The notes beneath the pieces were generated by a model. That model made no database searches and was not told the origin of the DNA. It was given only the letters and a program-made list of their open reading frames with translations. From Octopus bimaculoides (lineage: Eukaryota), in assembly GCF_001194135.2 (NCBI RefSeq), contig NC_068982.1, positions 99,481,891 through 99,524,432 of the forward strand: a DNA stretch of 42,542 bases, read 5' to 3'. Positions 23,541 through 35,129 of this stretch are shown here, piece after piece (position 1 is the stretch's first letter; each line of letters opens with the position of its first letter). The position numbers and the translations under genes were made by a program.

Positions 23541-26500
23541 TTGTCTTTGCACAGCTTCTAACTCTGGAGATGTACTACGGTGTCAGCTGTTCACTACCAA
23601 TGAACTAAGGTAACACCCCTTATTTTTCGAGCACCATACAGAGTATTCGAGCAGTTCCAAGCGGTGCTGTTTTCTGCAAGTGCTCCACCCTTATTGCAGC
23701 CCCTATTTGTTTAATGTATTTACCAGGGCTCCGACAATTATTGGTACTACTACCACCTTTTTCAGCGACCACAGCTGCTTAAACTCCCATGCGAACCTAT
23801 CATATCTATTGACTTTTCTTTCTTCATTATCGCATATCTTGTTGTCAGCTGGGCTTGCTATATCCATGAACCAGCATCGTTTGCTTTTTTTTTCTCAATT
23901 AACACTATGTCTGGTTTCCTATTCTCTATCTCATGGTCGAACTGAATCATAATATCCCACAGTATCTTTGCATTATCATTTTCGATGATGCCTTCGGGTT
24001 TACGTTCGTATCAATTTTTTGCTCTGTCACGTTTACACTTGTTGCAAAATGTATAATATGGACAATCCTTGCTATGTTGTCATGACGTCTCTTATATTCT
24101 TTCTGGGCTAGTGGCGTACATTGGCTGGTAATGTGCCATACAGTTTCACCATTTTGCCCACAAATTCTGCACTTATCACTTTCTAATGTTTTGTCTATTC
24201 TGTATTTGATGTAATTGGTTCTTAATGCGAACTCTTGGGCAGCACAGATTAGAGCCTCCGTTTCCGGTTTTAAATCACTTTTAGTCATTCAAAGCCATTT
24301 CTTTTCTTTGTTTGTTTTATCTTCAACATCCCTATGAAATTGTCCATGCATTCTTTATTTTATCCATCTATTTTCAGTTTCATTCATTCTCAAGGGCATG
24401 TACAGTGATTTATTTTTGCAATCTTCCATCCTACACAAGCCTAACCTTACTTCTAATAATAGCAGTTCTGTGGCATTTTTGACCTAACCTGCTTTGTTGT
24501 TTTCTTTTGCTCTAATGTTGTGTTCGCATCCAATCAGTCTTCTTCTCCCTCTTTTTATTGGTACATACTGTCTGTCTGTATCACTTTTTGGGTGGAGTGT
24601 TCCATATCTAGTAAGCAACTTCCTTGTCTTTCTGTCTAAACTGTTTCTTTCGTCTACTATCCATGCGATTACCCCTGCTCCATATCTAAGGAGTGAAACT
24701 GCCCAGATATTGATAGCTTTAATCTTATTCCGTCTGTTTAATTTCGACTTAAGGATCAGTCTCAGTCTGCGCAAGTACTCCACCTTAGATTTTTCTGTCA
24801 TTTCTTTCTCCATCAATTTATCCATTTCCAATATCTCCAAGTACTTATAACCCGTCTTTTCTACTTGTTTCATAATCTCCCACGCCGTTATCGCTAGTCC
24901 GTCCATACATTTAATTTTGCCTCTCTTCAAGATTAACACACCACACTTTCTCAGTCCAAACTCCATTCTAATATCAGCAGCACTGAAGGTATATACTGTA
25001 TCAACGAGGGAACTGACTTGGGATTCATGTTTACCATAAAGTTTGAGGTCAACCATGAATAACAAGTGGTTGACATTTTTGTTGGCGGCTCTTGAATACA
25101 TATCCAGCATTTGCTTTCCTTAGAATCAGTGTTAGTGGTATCATGCACAGTACAAAGATCAGTGGGGACAGGCAGTCTTCTTGGAAGATGCCTCTCCTGA
25201 TTTCTATTGTCCCTAAACGTCTTCCGTATGCTGTCAGTTGCGTCCTCCAATTCGCCATACTTTTTCCAAGTAATCGTTCAACATACGATGCAATTCCAAA
25301 TAGGTTCATACATTTCATAATACAAGAATGTGGGATCATATCGTATGCCTTACGATAATCGGTTCATGACATGGCTAAGTTAGTTTCCTTCCTCTTGCAG
25401 TCTCTAAGTACAGTTTTGTCTACCAGGAGTTGATCCTTGGTACATCTGCACTTACACCTGCAACACTTCTGCTCATGTTCGTACATTGACTCTGCGACTA
25501 TTCCAGTCAATAATTTCCACACTAGTGGCAAGCAATATATCGGCCTGTAATTGTCTGCCGTATTGCCTTTTTCGATGGTTTTCAAGCACAGCACTGTCCT
25601 ACCCATTGGCAACCACTCTGGTGTTACTTGGCTGGCATTTAAAAAGATGTTGAGTTGTACAGCTATTCGTGCATGACAATCACCAAATCTTTTTATCCAG
25701 TAGCCTTGAACTCCATGTGGTCCCGGGGTCTTCAACTTGCCCATTTTTTTTTCCTGATTTCCTTCGCTTCCCTAACTGAAATGACTAGTTCTGCCTGTTT
25801 TGGTCAAACTACTGTTTGTTTCAGTTCTTGCAACCATTCAGCATCCTCTTTGTGCTCCTTGTCGTTGCTCCAGATGTCACTCCAAAATCTTTGACTTTCA
25901 ATGTTATTTGATACCAACTTTTCATCTGTACACTCTCCATTTATTTCTTTGTAGAATATCATTTCATCTACTCTGAACAGACTGTTCTGCTGGTATCCAT
26001 TCATTCTTTGGTCGTATCTTACCATCTTTGCTTTCTTTGCAACGAGGCGCTGTTTCAGTTCCTCCATTACCACTTTCAGGCCCTTTCTTTCAATATCATA
26101 CTTCCTGTTCAGCGCCCTGTATTTTTGTTCGCTTTTAAGCCCCACCTCTCCTTTCGGTCTAACACAAAAATGTCTTTCGCGAGCTTATCTAACCTTGCCT
26201 GTATTCTTCTTTTCCACCGTGGATATTTTCTTTTATCACTCCCATTATCTTTCCTTTTCTTGACATCAATACCCACATTTTCTGCTACAATAATACTTGC
26301 TGCCTTGATCAAATTATTTGTTTCTGTGATGTTTTTTGTTCTGATGTATTTCAGAATTTCATTCACATTTTTCATTTCTTGGTTCAATTTCCACCGATCA
26401 ATCTTCGTAAGGTTGCAAATAATGTCAATGTCGTTCTCCTGTAGCCTTGCCTTTATTCTGTCGTAAACATCTGTCATGTCACCATTAGTTTTATTGTCTT

Positions 26501-27081
26501 ATTCCAGACCATCTATGTGTCTCTCATCGAGGAAGCTATCATTGTTCCTTTCCTGTGGTTTATTAGAGATCTCACCTGTTTTCTGCTATGAGATTATTTT
26601 TATCAGTAAACACTGTATTTTCATCGTTTCCTCTGCTGCTGTTTTCCAATACCCGTCTTTTGATAGCTTCGAGCTTTACTTCTGTGAACCAACGATTTTT
26701 TCTTATTGCTCTAGCTTGATCACATAAACTCTGTTCCGTTAGTTGAAACAATCTTCCTTCTCTCTATTGATCATATATACATTGTCGGTATCTCTTAATG
26801 CAAGCACCATTTTCGTCCACAGGGTTGCTCAAATAGTAACACTCCATGACCACAGCATAGACTTGTTTGCTCCATCTACGTCGTGTGTGATGGTCCATTG
26901 ATGGATAACGACAGGCTGGAGCCGGACCAGTATCCCCGAACCTGCCGAGTTCAACATTTTCACCATCAAGGGCTTCAGATTCATTACCACCGGTATTTAC
27001 AATATTTTGTTTTTTTCATTGTCATTCATATGAGGTAGCGATTAACAGTGTATCATCGATCAGGACATGGGGAGATTCCTT

Positions 27082-27082
<1 letters not shown>
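23541..27082 (-). mobile_element. Near full-length (about 3.5 kb) decayed R4/Dong-like RLE LINE
   Basis: Single-ORF layout: N-terminal RRRWSKQV...VMECYY...TEQSLCDQARAIRKN; KTPGPHGVQGYWIK; NYRPIYCL; DQLLVDK; DYRKAYDMIPHS; GIFQEDCLSPL; HLLFMVDLKLY (decayed FMDD); HPKSDTD; CRICG...HITSQC; RRHD; KPDIVL...DIASPAD; PIIVGAL. Many stops and frameshifts. Confidence 0.93.
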
Positions 27083-27112
<30 letters not shown>

Positions 27113-27135
27113 CATCACTGATATTATTATTTTCA
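27083..27135. repeat. (ATT)n microsatellite at the LINE 5' junction
   Basis: Read directly. Confidence 0.9.
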
Positions 27136-27414
27136 TTTTTTACTATTTGTCATTGTTAACATTTCCTCTGATCCGACATGAATTTTGGCTAATTGTCATT
27201 AACACTTTCGTGTTAGTACTAGGCTCCGGGTATTATTCACTAGCGTAGATAATTTGATAGAACACTGCCTCTAATTATAAACGAATAAATGTAGTAAACA
27301 AGACAAATAAAGAAACAAAAAACTAATGTCCACCCTTATTTTTTTCCGTGGGGGGGTATANNNNNNNNNNNNNNNNNNNNNNNNNNNNNNNNNNNNNNNN
27401 NNNNNNNNATATAT

Positions 27415-28135
27415 ATATCATACCTAATGCACCCACTATGATAAGAATTGTTTCTGTCTTTAGGTTCCACTTTCGAGTTACCTCTATTTCCAGATCTTTG
27501 TATTTTGAAAGTTTCTCCGTTTCTTTTAGAGAAATATTGTCATTTCCTGGCATTGATACATCGCTTAGAAAGCGTGTTTTTTTTCTTGGTGATCTCTGAC
27601 AATTATATCCGGCATGTTGGCCTTAATTTCTCTATCTGCGTGTGTTGACATATCCCAGAGCTTTCTCATTTTCTGTAACCTTTTCTGGCGTGTACCTATA
27701 CTATTTTTATTCTGTTGTTATTCCACAGTATTGGCATAGCTTCCAGTATTTATAGGTCCCAATTCTGTTGTGTCTGAATATATTCCTTCTTAGCCAGGAC
27801 TGAGCAGCCAGAGACAATATGGTTTATTGTTTCTTCTCCATCGCCACATATTCTGCAGTTACTCGTGTTTCTTTTCATTATGTTTTTGGTGATTTCTGAT
27901 GCTGCAATTAAAAACACTGCTTTGAGTCCTGAGCTTCTCAGCCATTGTTGGGATTTTGCTTTGACTATTTCTTTTCTGTTTAGCTTAACCCAATATTTGC
28001 CATGGAGGGGCTTTTCTTGCCATCGTTTTATCATGATTCGTTGCTGTTCCAGTTTTAGTTTGGATTGCAGTTGTTCTACAGCTTTTGATGTTTTTTTCCT
28101 CTTCATAGTTGTTATTATGACTTCTTTTTGATATT
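27415..28135 (-). mobile_element. R4/Dong-like LINE fragment, same subfamily as 20394-22013
   Basis: KPLHGKYW, CRICGDGEETINHIVSGCSVLAKKEY, KLSKYKDLEIEVTRKWNLKTETILIIVGALG. Collinear with about 20610-21350. Confidence 0.9.
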
Positions 28136-28153
28136 TATCAGCTTTTTTGTACT

Positions 28154-28158
28154 TATTA

Positions 28159-28216
<58 letters not shown>
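28154..28216. repeat. (ATT)n microsatellite
   Basis: Read directly. Confidence 0.95.
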
Positions 28217-28239
28217 CGTTTTTGTTGCTGGTGTTGTGA

Positions 28240-28548
28240 GGACGGATGGCCTAGGGGTTAGTGTTGTGAGAACGCATGCCCATTGTGAGATCGTGGTTTC
28301 AATTCATAGACCGGGTCGTGCGTTGCGTTCTTGAGCAAAACACTTCATCTCACCTCGCTCTACGATCACCTCGACAACTTACGCATGGCACACCGTGCAC
28401 CCGTTCGGGCAAAGTCGATTTGATTGAGGGGGTGAGCTAAAATACAGCACATACATCTGATCACTATAAACAAAATCATTTGTGCAGGTCTTTCGGCAAG
28501 AGCTGAGCACTAATACGCCGTTTTCGACAGGAGAGTCCATTGTTGCTG

Positions 28549-28583
<35 letters not shown>

Positions 28584-28610
28584 ACTGATATCGTTGCTGT
28601 TGTTGTTGTT
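28240..28610 (+). mobile_element. tRNA-derived SINE family 3 with (CTG/TTG)n tail
   Basis: A-box-like TGGCCTAGGGGTTAG, B-box-like GGTTTCAATTC, CTTGAGCAAAACACTT post-tRNA motif, trinucleotide tail. Confidence 0.7.
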
Positions 28611-28658
28611 AAGTCATTGGTTCGATACCGAGTTTCGACATTTTATGTTGATTTATAA

Positions 28659-28880
28659 GGCGGTGAGCTGGCAGAATGGTCAGCATGCCGGACAAAGTGT
28701 TCGGCGGAATTTCCTCTATTTTTATGTTATGCGTTCAAAATTACGACGAGGTTGAATTTGCCTTTATTCTTTCAGGGTCGATAAAATGGGTACCAGTTGA
28801 GTACTAGGACTGATTTAATCGATTAGCACCCGCTCAAAATGTCAGGCCTTGTGCTGATAAAAGAAAATAAAAAGATATTA
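28659..28880 (+). mobile_element. SINE family 1
   Basis: GGCGGTGAGCTGGCAGAATGG head, GTTCAAAATT, core. Confidence 0.85.
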
Positions 28881-28989
28881 TGAATCTTTTGCATGCTACT
28901 TTTAGTTAGCAGAGGTATTATGTTGAAGTTTGACAACATCTAGTTTCTTCAAATCTTCAGAATCTTTCTTAGGATTCATGCAGAACACA

Positions 28990-29330
28990 AGATGGCACTT
29001 TTCTACAAATCGACAATGTGTGTCTCAATTTTAGTATACTTCAGCTACTTAGATAAAAGTTAGGCTGTCGCACCAGTTACCACAGGAACAATTGCCACAT
29101 TTGTCTTGCACACTCTCTTCGTCTCTCTATGATCATGTGGTATTGTAGAGATTATGATCAGACATAGACTATTTTTTGTCCTCTACAATCATACCTAGTT
29201 TCCTTGCTTTAGAGGTGTTATCAGTCTTTATGAAGAAACACCATAAATCCTGTAATTGTAATTTACCATTACAGCCTCTGGCTTGTATTCATACCACTTT
29301 TCTGTCACTTTGGATAATCACATTCGGTTA
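28990..29330 (-). mobile_element. Old RLE-type LINE C-terminal fragment
   Basis: VTEKWYEYKPEAV...IKTDN...LCLII...PHD...VAIVPVVTGA on the minus strand with frameshifts. Confidence 0.55.
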
Positions 29331-29409
29331 ACATCACAAAGTACTCTTTAACTGACAATAGTACCTGCACTTATATTCCTCTTGTGCTAGCTTACGGCAT
29401 TCACATTAG

Positions 29410-29625
29410 TGCAGATCTGTAGAATTGTCAGAGGATCGGATAAAATGTTTAAAAGCATTTAATTTCGGCTCCTTACATTCCGAGTTAAAATTCAACTGAG
29501 GTCAATTTTCATTCTTTTAGGATTGACAATATAAAGTACCAGTGAAATACCGAAGTCAATATAATCAACTAATCCTCTCCCCATAAAATCGTCGGCCTTA
29601 TGCCAAAATTATAAACGATCATTAT
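29410..29625 (+). mobile_element. SINE family 1 (diverged)
   Basis: acattccgagttaaaattcaactgaggtc...aagtaccag...ggccttatgccaaaatt...attatt. Confidence 0.7.
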
Positions 29626-29697
29626 TGTTTATAATTTTAGCACAAGGTCTGCGATTTCTGTTATTGTTAATAACTGTTACAGTTATTGCTGTTTTTA

Positions 29698-29698
<1 letters not shown>

Positions 29699-29785
<87 letters not shown>
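29699..29785. repeat. (TG)n tract of about 43 units, ending about 32 nt upstream of the GPCR exon acceptor
   Basis: Read directly. Confidence 0.97.
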
Positions 29786-29786
<1 letters not shown>

Positions 29787-29819
29787 GCATCTGTTTCATA
29801 AATGTTTTTAATCTTTCAG

Positions 29820-29862
29820 AACAGCTGATACAGTTATGAAGCTCTGTTAAGCAGAAACAAAA
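29820..29862 (+). promoter_or_regulatory. 5' UTR part of the first coding exon with uORF MKLC* (29836-29850)
   Basis: Acceptor ...tttttaatctttcAG at 29818-29819 implies at least one upstream non-coding exon. ATG AAG CTC TGT TAA ends 12 nt before the main ATG. Confidence 0.6.
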
Positions 29863-29979
29863 ATGGATTCAGAGGAAGTCCCCGAAATTAATTTAACACT
29901 CAACATTACTGCTCAATATCTGGAGGAATATTCGTCCAACTGCACTCAGAACCTACGTAATGTCCACTATTTTTACCGG
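29863..29979 (+). CDS. CCAPR: CCAP/neuropeptide S-type GPCR, first coding exon (extracellular N-terminus)
   Basis: MDSEEVPEINLTLNITAQYLEEYSSNCTQNLRNVHYFYR (39 aa). Strong AAAATGG start context, three N-glycosylation sequons (NLT, NIT, NCT), phase-0 GTATGC donor at 29980. The HYFYR end matches the FYFYx stretch that precedes TEQ in CCAP receptors. Confidence 0.82.
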
Positions 29980-30312
29980 GTATGCCAATAGTGTTCAAAA
30001 CACTTTTATTTATAAGAAAATTACTGATGAAACCCAACGTTTTCCTGTTGTTGTTATTATTACTTCTATCATTGTTGTTATTGCCACTGTTGTTACTGTT
30101 GTTTCTTTTGTTGTTATTGCTGTTATTTCTCTTGCTTTTCAAGTGAACCAAATTATGGTTATAATCAGTAAAGGTGTATGTATATAAGTATGTATGCAAG
30201 TAACTAAGTGCGTACGTATGTTTGTACCAATGTAGTACTAAACCGCCAGTTCTAACCATGAACCGTGAACTTTGGGTTTTGCTTACAAGTATACTAGAAG
30301 GAAATAATGGGA

Positions 30313-31600
30313 TTTTTTATTGCCAACGAAGAGGGACTATAAAAGACATGTGGAGACAAAAAACAAATGAAAAAAATAAAAAATGTATGGTACAATGATA
30401 ATTGAAAATGAGAAATGAAAATGACGCTACTTGCCCCACCAAGCACCACCACTTACTTCCTTTTTCCCCTATATTCCATTATATCAAGTCCGTATTCTTT
30501 TTGAGTTCCTCATATTCTATATTGTCTGGTAATCCTTTCTTATCGTGCTCCACTTTCCAAACCTCGTATTCTCCATCTTTCAATTTCATTTTTCTGTTCT
30601 TCTGTTATTCGTATGCATGTATGGCGCCCGCCAATACTCGTCTCATCATCCACCCCAACAAACACTGTATCCTTCCATTTCACCACCTTTTTAACCAGTT
30701 CATCTTCTGCTTCCTCATACAATACAGACGCAAAACAACCAGTTGGAAGGGAAATTTGTGGGTTCCTGTGTGTTTATGCTTTTCTTTTCTGATTTTGTGT
30801 TGGAGGGGAGTGGGAAGGTTTAGTGCATGCAGAGAGAGGGTTGAGACGAAGAAGGTGTAGGTGGGCATTAGGTAATTGTGGGGTGGGGTTCTGTGTGTAT
30901 TGGACTCCATTTCTTCCTCTTTCACCTTTTTCTTTTCCTTGTGGTCTCCCATTCTTTCTCTGCCTTTTCTTCTTCCACCACCATTGGTAAGATTGTTTAT
31001 TCCTTTTGTTCTTCCTGGGGTTCCTCCTGGGGCTCTATCTCTTGTGGTGGCTCAGTTTTTTGGTGGGTGGAGGGCATTTCGCTCTAATGTGACGCTTCAG
31101 ACCACATTTAAAGCAGCGAGGGTTCTGTACTCCACCCTGACACTCATTATCGTGTCGGTCACCGTTATAGTCTCCACCATGTCCTCTACTGTCTCGTTCG
31201 ACCCCTGAATAATCATATTCAGAGTCTGACCCTTCCAATGAACACTTTTTGTTTTTCTAGCCTGGAGCACCGCTATCTTATCCTCATTACCAAGTAGGAC
31301 AGCGGCTGCTAACCAGGCCACATCCATCTCCGGTGGAATTCCTTCCACCCTAACCCTAGACACTTTCCGTCCCAGGTAAGTAGGTAGAAGTATGGTATTG
31401 ATGATTGATGCGTAGGGTATTGATGATTGAGTGAGAAAACAGCGATGGAATTATCAATAACAAAGTGATAATACGTTTTGAATCGAGGAATTTTTAATAC
31501 ATCATCTGGTTTCACTGTAAAATAATTTACGATTAAATTCCAAATAACCGTGGGCAAGTTCTTTCCTTTGCAATTTTTCAATTACAGTCCAATAAACTTT
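30313..31600 (-). mobile_element. Gag/ORF1-like element with CCHC zinc knuckle and no RT, antisense in GPCR intron 1
   Basis: Frameshifted ORF: ...PTYLGRKVSRVRVEGIPPEMDVAWLAAAV...MSVRVE...RCFKCGLKRHIRAKC (C-X2-C-X4-H-X4-C at 31074-31115), then a basic region and an unrecognised C-terminal segment. Minus-strand AATAAA at about 30316-30321. Confidence 0.65.
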
Positions 31601-31743
31601 TTGAAAAAGAGGATGATGATGATGATGATGACGATGATGACGACAACGATGACCATGATGATGGCACTAGACGTAGTTAACTGCTTGATTGCACTTGTCA
31701 TAAAATGTCATAAGTACTACAGCACAGTTCATGAAACAATTCT

Positions 31744-31820
<77 letters not shown>

Positions 31821-32035
31821 TCATGCTCATTCACACTCACTCACACACACGACATGACTTCAATACTCATGAACAATGCTCAACTGAATTCATGAGAGTC
31901 TCTTTCCTTGTGTACGGATGTGGGAGCAGGGGCATCTTTCATATTCTAGTCGTCTCAATAATGAACGACTTGCATTGGATGAAAGTATATTCCATATATG
32001 GTAGCAAGTATACACACAATATAATATTTTCTACT

Positions 32036-32236
32036 ATAGGCACAAGGCAAGAAATTTTGGAGAAGAGGGTTAGTCGATTACATCGACCTCAGTGAGTAAC
32101 TGGTACTAATTTCATCGAACCCGAAAGAATGAAAGGCAAAGACGACCCCGGCGGAATTTGAACTTAGAATGTAAAGACGGACGAAATGCACTAAGCATTT
32201 TGCCCGGCGTGCTAACGACTCTGCCAGCTCACCGCC
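32036..32236 (-). mobile_element. SINE family 1 (intronic, antisense)
   Basis: Reverse complement of GGCGGTGAGCTGGCAGAGTCGTTAGCACGCCGGGC...GTTCAAATTCCGCC... Confidence 0.9.
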
Positions 32237-32911
32237 TTATACATGCAATATAATGAACACGCGTCTAGACTGTGTCACCATTTCCTTTTGCAAGTATAAT
32301 ACAGAAACAGTTATGTATGAGTTACTTTGCAGGCAAACAGTGGACTGTCACTATAAAAATTATGATATTTACATAACTTAAGAGACTACTTGTGGCATCA
32401 GTGCCCTTTTTTTTTTATCACAACATTGAATATCATGATGATGAAAATTATAGAATAAAATTATAAAAAATGATGTTGATGAAGATGACATCGATGACGA
32501 TGATTATGACGACGACGATGACCATGATGAGACGACAATAGAATAAGAACAGTAATGAAGGGAAGCAAAATAACAGTATAATAATCTAATACTATAATAA
32601 AATAATGGTAAAAAAATTTGTGTGAGATGAGGAAAAGAAGCCCCTATCAATTTCGCCATGCAATATTGTAAATATCACGAATCAATAGATATATTCACAA
32701 TTTAGTGTATTATTACGTGGCACTTATATCACGTAATGTAAAGAACCACATTTCATATTACGAAATGATTTACAGAAAATGGTATGCATGCTTGTCACTT
32801 AGGATATATTTATCAAACATGTTTGGAAAATAAATTAGATGAAATTAAACAACAAATATGTGACATGGATATCATAACATGGTTGAAAACTTAAATTTTT
32901 CCAAACGTACA

Positions 32912-33122
32912 TACGAGAGTGTGCTGAAAAGTTCCTGGCTTTGGGTAAAAGAAAATACAGGAGGATCAGTTATGATTTTGTTCAACATATTCTCCTGTCA
33001 GACTCACACACTTATTGCAAAGGGGCTTCAGTTTTCCTAAACCCTGTGAAGGAACTCAGAAGGTTGGGCCTCCAGCCAGGCCTTTCCCAATACCCTTAAA
33101 CCAGGAACTTTTCAGTACCTGC
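32912..33122 (+). mobile_element. Mariner-type MITE, copy 2 (both TIRs present)
   Basis: TACGAGAGTGTGCTGAAAAGTTCCTGG at the left and CCAGGAACTTTTCAGTACC at the right. Homologous to 2025-2217. Confidence 0.8.
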
Positions 33123-33140
33123 TGCTTCTTTATGTAGTAA

Positions 33141-33250
33141 GATGGCGAATTAGTAAAGTTGTTAAGTGTGGAGTAAAATGCCACACTGTATTTGTTAAGT
33201 CTGTCCGTGCTCTGAGTTCAAATTGCTTTCATCCTTTTGGGGCGGGAGTT
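33141..33250 (+). mobile_element. Degenerate SINE family 1 5' part
   Basis: gatggcgaattagtaaag...ctctgagttcaaatt-gctttcatccttttgggg. Confidence 0.5.
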
Positions 33251-33653
33251 AGAAAAAATAAGACTTCAGAGTGATGGATTTGTAAAACCGAGAGAGCATG
33301 GCCTTCAAGTGAAGCCTTTGTTTTGGACAACACACGTGGAATGAAGAGAGAAAACATGCAGAGTCAAGTACAGGTCTTTCACAAAAAAACCTAAGCCAGG
33401 TTTGCGCATGTAGGCGCATATAGCTGGGCAATCCTAACCGACGGAGAACCTAGAATAGAATATTTTTGTAATAAGAGTAGTTTAGAGCAGTGAAAGCATT
33501 GCAATAAAAGAGGTACATCCGAGGTGAGTTTGAAATTAATCCTACTTTTATTTACAAGCTCGTACAGCTGCACACATGCATATAGATTCATATACACCTG
33601 TTAACCACTTTCTTTTTATGTATGTATATACGTATGCATGTATATATGTATGC

Positions 33654-33686
<33 letters not shown>

Positions 33687-34054
33687 NNNNNNNNNNNNNN
33701 NNNNNNNNNNNNNNNNNNNNNNNNNNNNNNNNNNNNNNNNNNNNNNNNNNNNNNNNNNNNNNNNNNNNNNNNNNNNNNNNNNNNNNNNNNNNNNNNNNNN
33801 NNNNNNNNNNNNNNNNNNNNNNNNNNNNNNNNNNNNNNNNNNNNNNNNNNNNNNNNNNNNNNNNNNNNNNNNNNNNNNNNNNNNNNNNNNNNNNNNNNNN
33901 NNNNNNNNNNNNNNNNNNNNNNNNNNNNNNNNNNNNNNNNNNNNNNNNNNNNNNNNNNNNNNNNNNNNNNNNNNNNNNNNNNNNNNNNNNNNNNNNNNNN
34001 NNNNNNNNNNNNNNNNNNNNNNNNNNNNNNNNNNNNNNNNNNNNNNNNNNNNNN

Positions 34055-34107
<53 letters not shown>

Positions 34108-34840
34108 ATATATGTGTGTGTGTGTGTGCATGTGTGTGTGTGTGTGTGTGTATGTGTGTGTATCTCACAGTTAAATTTAGAAAGATTATGAGGCAAGAGG
34201 AGAAAACAAGCAAATAATACATGAAATCAGATAAGTAAGACGCATGGGTGAAAAAGCGTAGAAATACACAGTGAAACAACAACAATAGATGAATGTACAC
34301 AATGAAAGTAAATACGCCAGTGAAAGAAACAGGAGGGAATCTAACATTTCGACTTAAATCCTTTAACAAATAGAAGGAAAAGGAATAAGTGAATCACGAG
34401 AATAGAAAATTGAATGATATCGAATTAATGACATCTGTTTAAATTTAGTGTTTAATAGAAGATGCATCCAGCCTACATATAGCTCTTTCCATCTCAACAC
34501 ATGATTTAGATCACAATACTCAACATCTACACTTATTCAAATCAAAATTTCGCTGAAACAAATACAGAGAGAATCGCGTAGAGTACCGCTACCACGTAAA
34601 GGCTATTCACGGAAATAGAATACTCGCCGACGTCATATTTGGTCAATATAAAGAAGCATTACTAGTTTACAAATAGTATATTAAAATTAACATAGGCTAT
34701 GAGGGCCTGGGCCTTGAATCGATTCATGTCTAATTTCAACAAACCCCAAAGAACGCAAAAAAAGTACATTTAGCATCGTAGGTTACCCACAAAAATCCCC
34801 CATTGATCACCTCCACAATCAAAGAAAAAATATTCCAGGC

Positions 34841-35024
34841 AACGAAAGATTCTCTAAGTGGTCAACGAATATGCTAGAAATAGTTGCTAGGTCTCCTCAA
34901 ATCACATCCTACTACCTTATAAAATTTTTTGATATGCAAAAAGACAAGATAGTCATGGCCAGATTGCCTTTCATCGTAGGGTTGATTTATCAAGTTTGAC
35001 TTGGGGCCAAACAATAACAACAAC
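34841..35024 (-). mobile_element. Short interspersed repeat family 4, copy 3
   Basis: tgctagaaatag...ctcctcaaatcaca...ggggccaaacaataacaac is the reverse complement of the family-4 pattern. Confidence 0.6.
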
Positions 35025-35129
35025 ATCACAATCTCCCCCCAAAACTACTATTCTAACTACTCTATTCCAACTTTAATCTTTGCCTATCATTACTTATTAA
35101 TACTGTTTTGTTATTGTTAATCTTTACAG

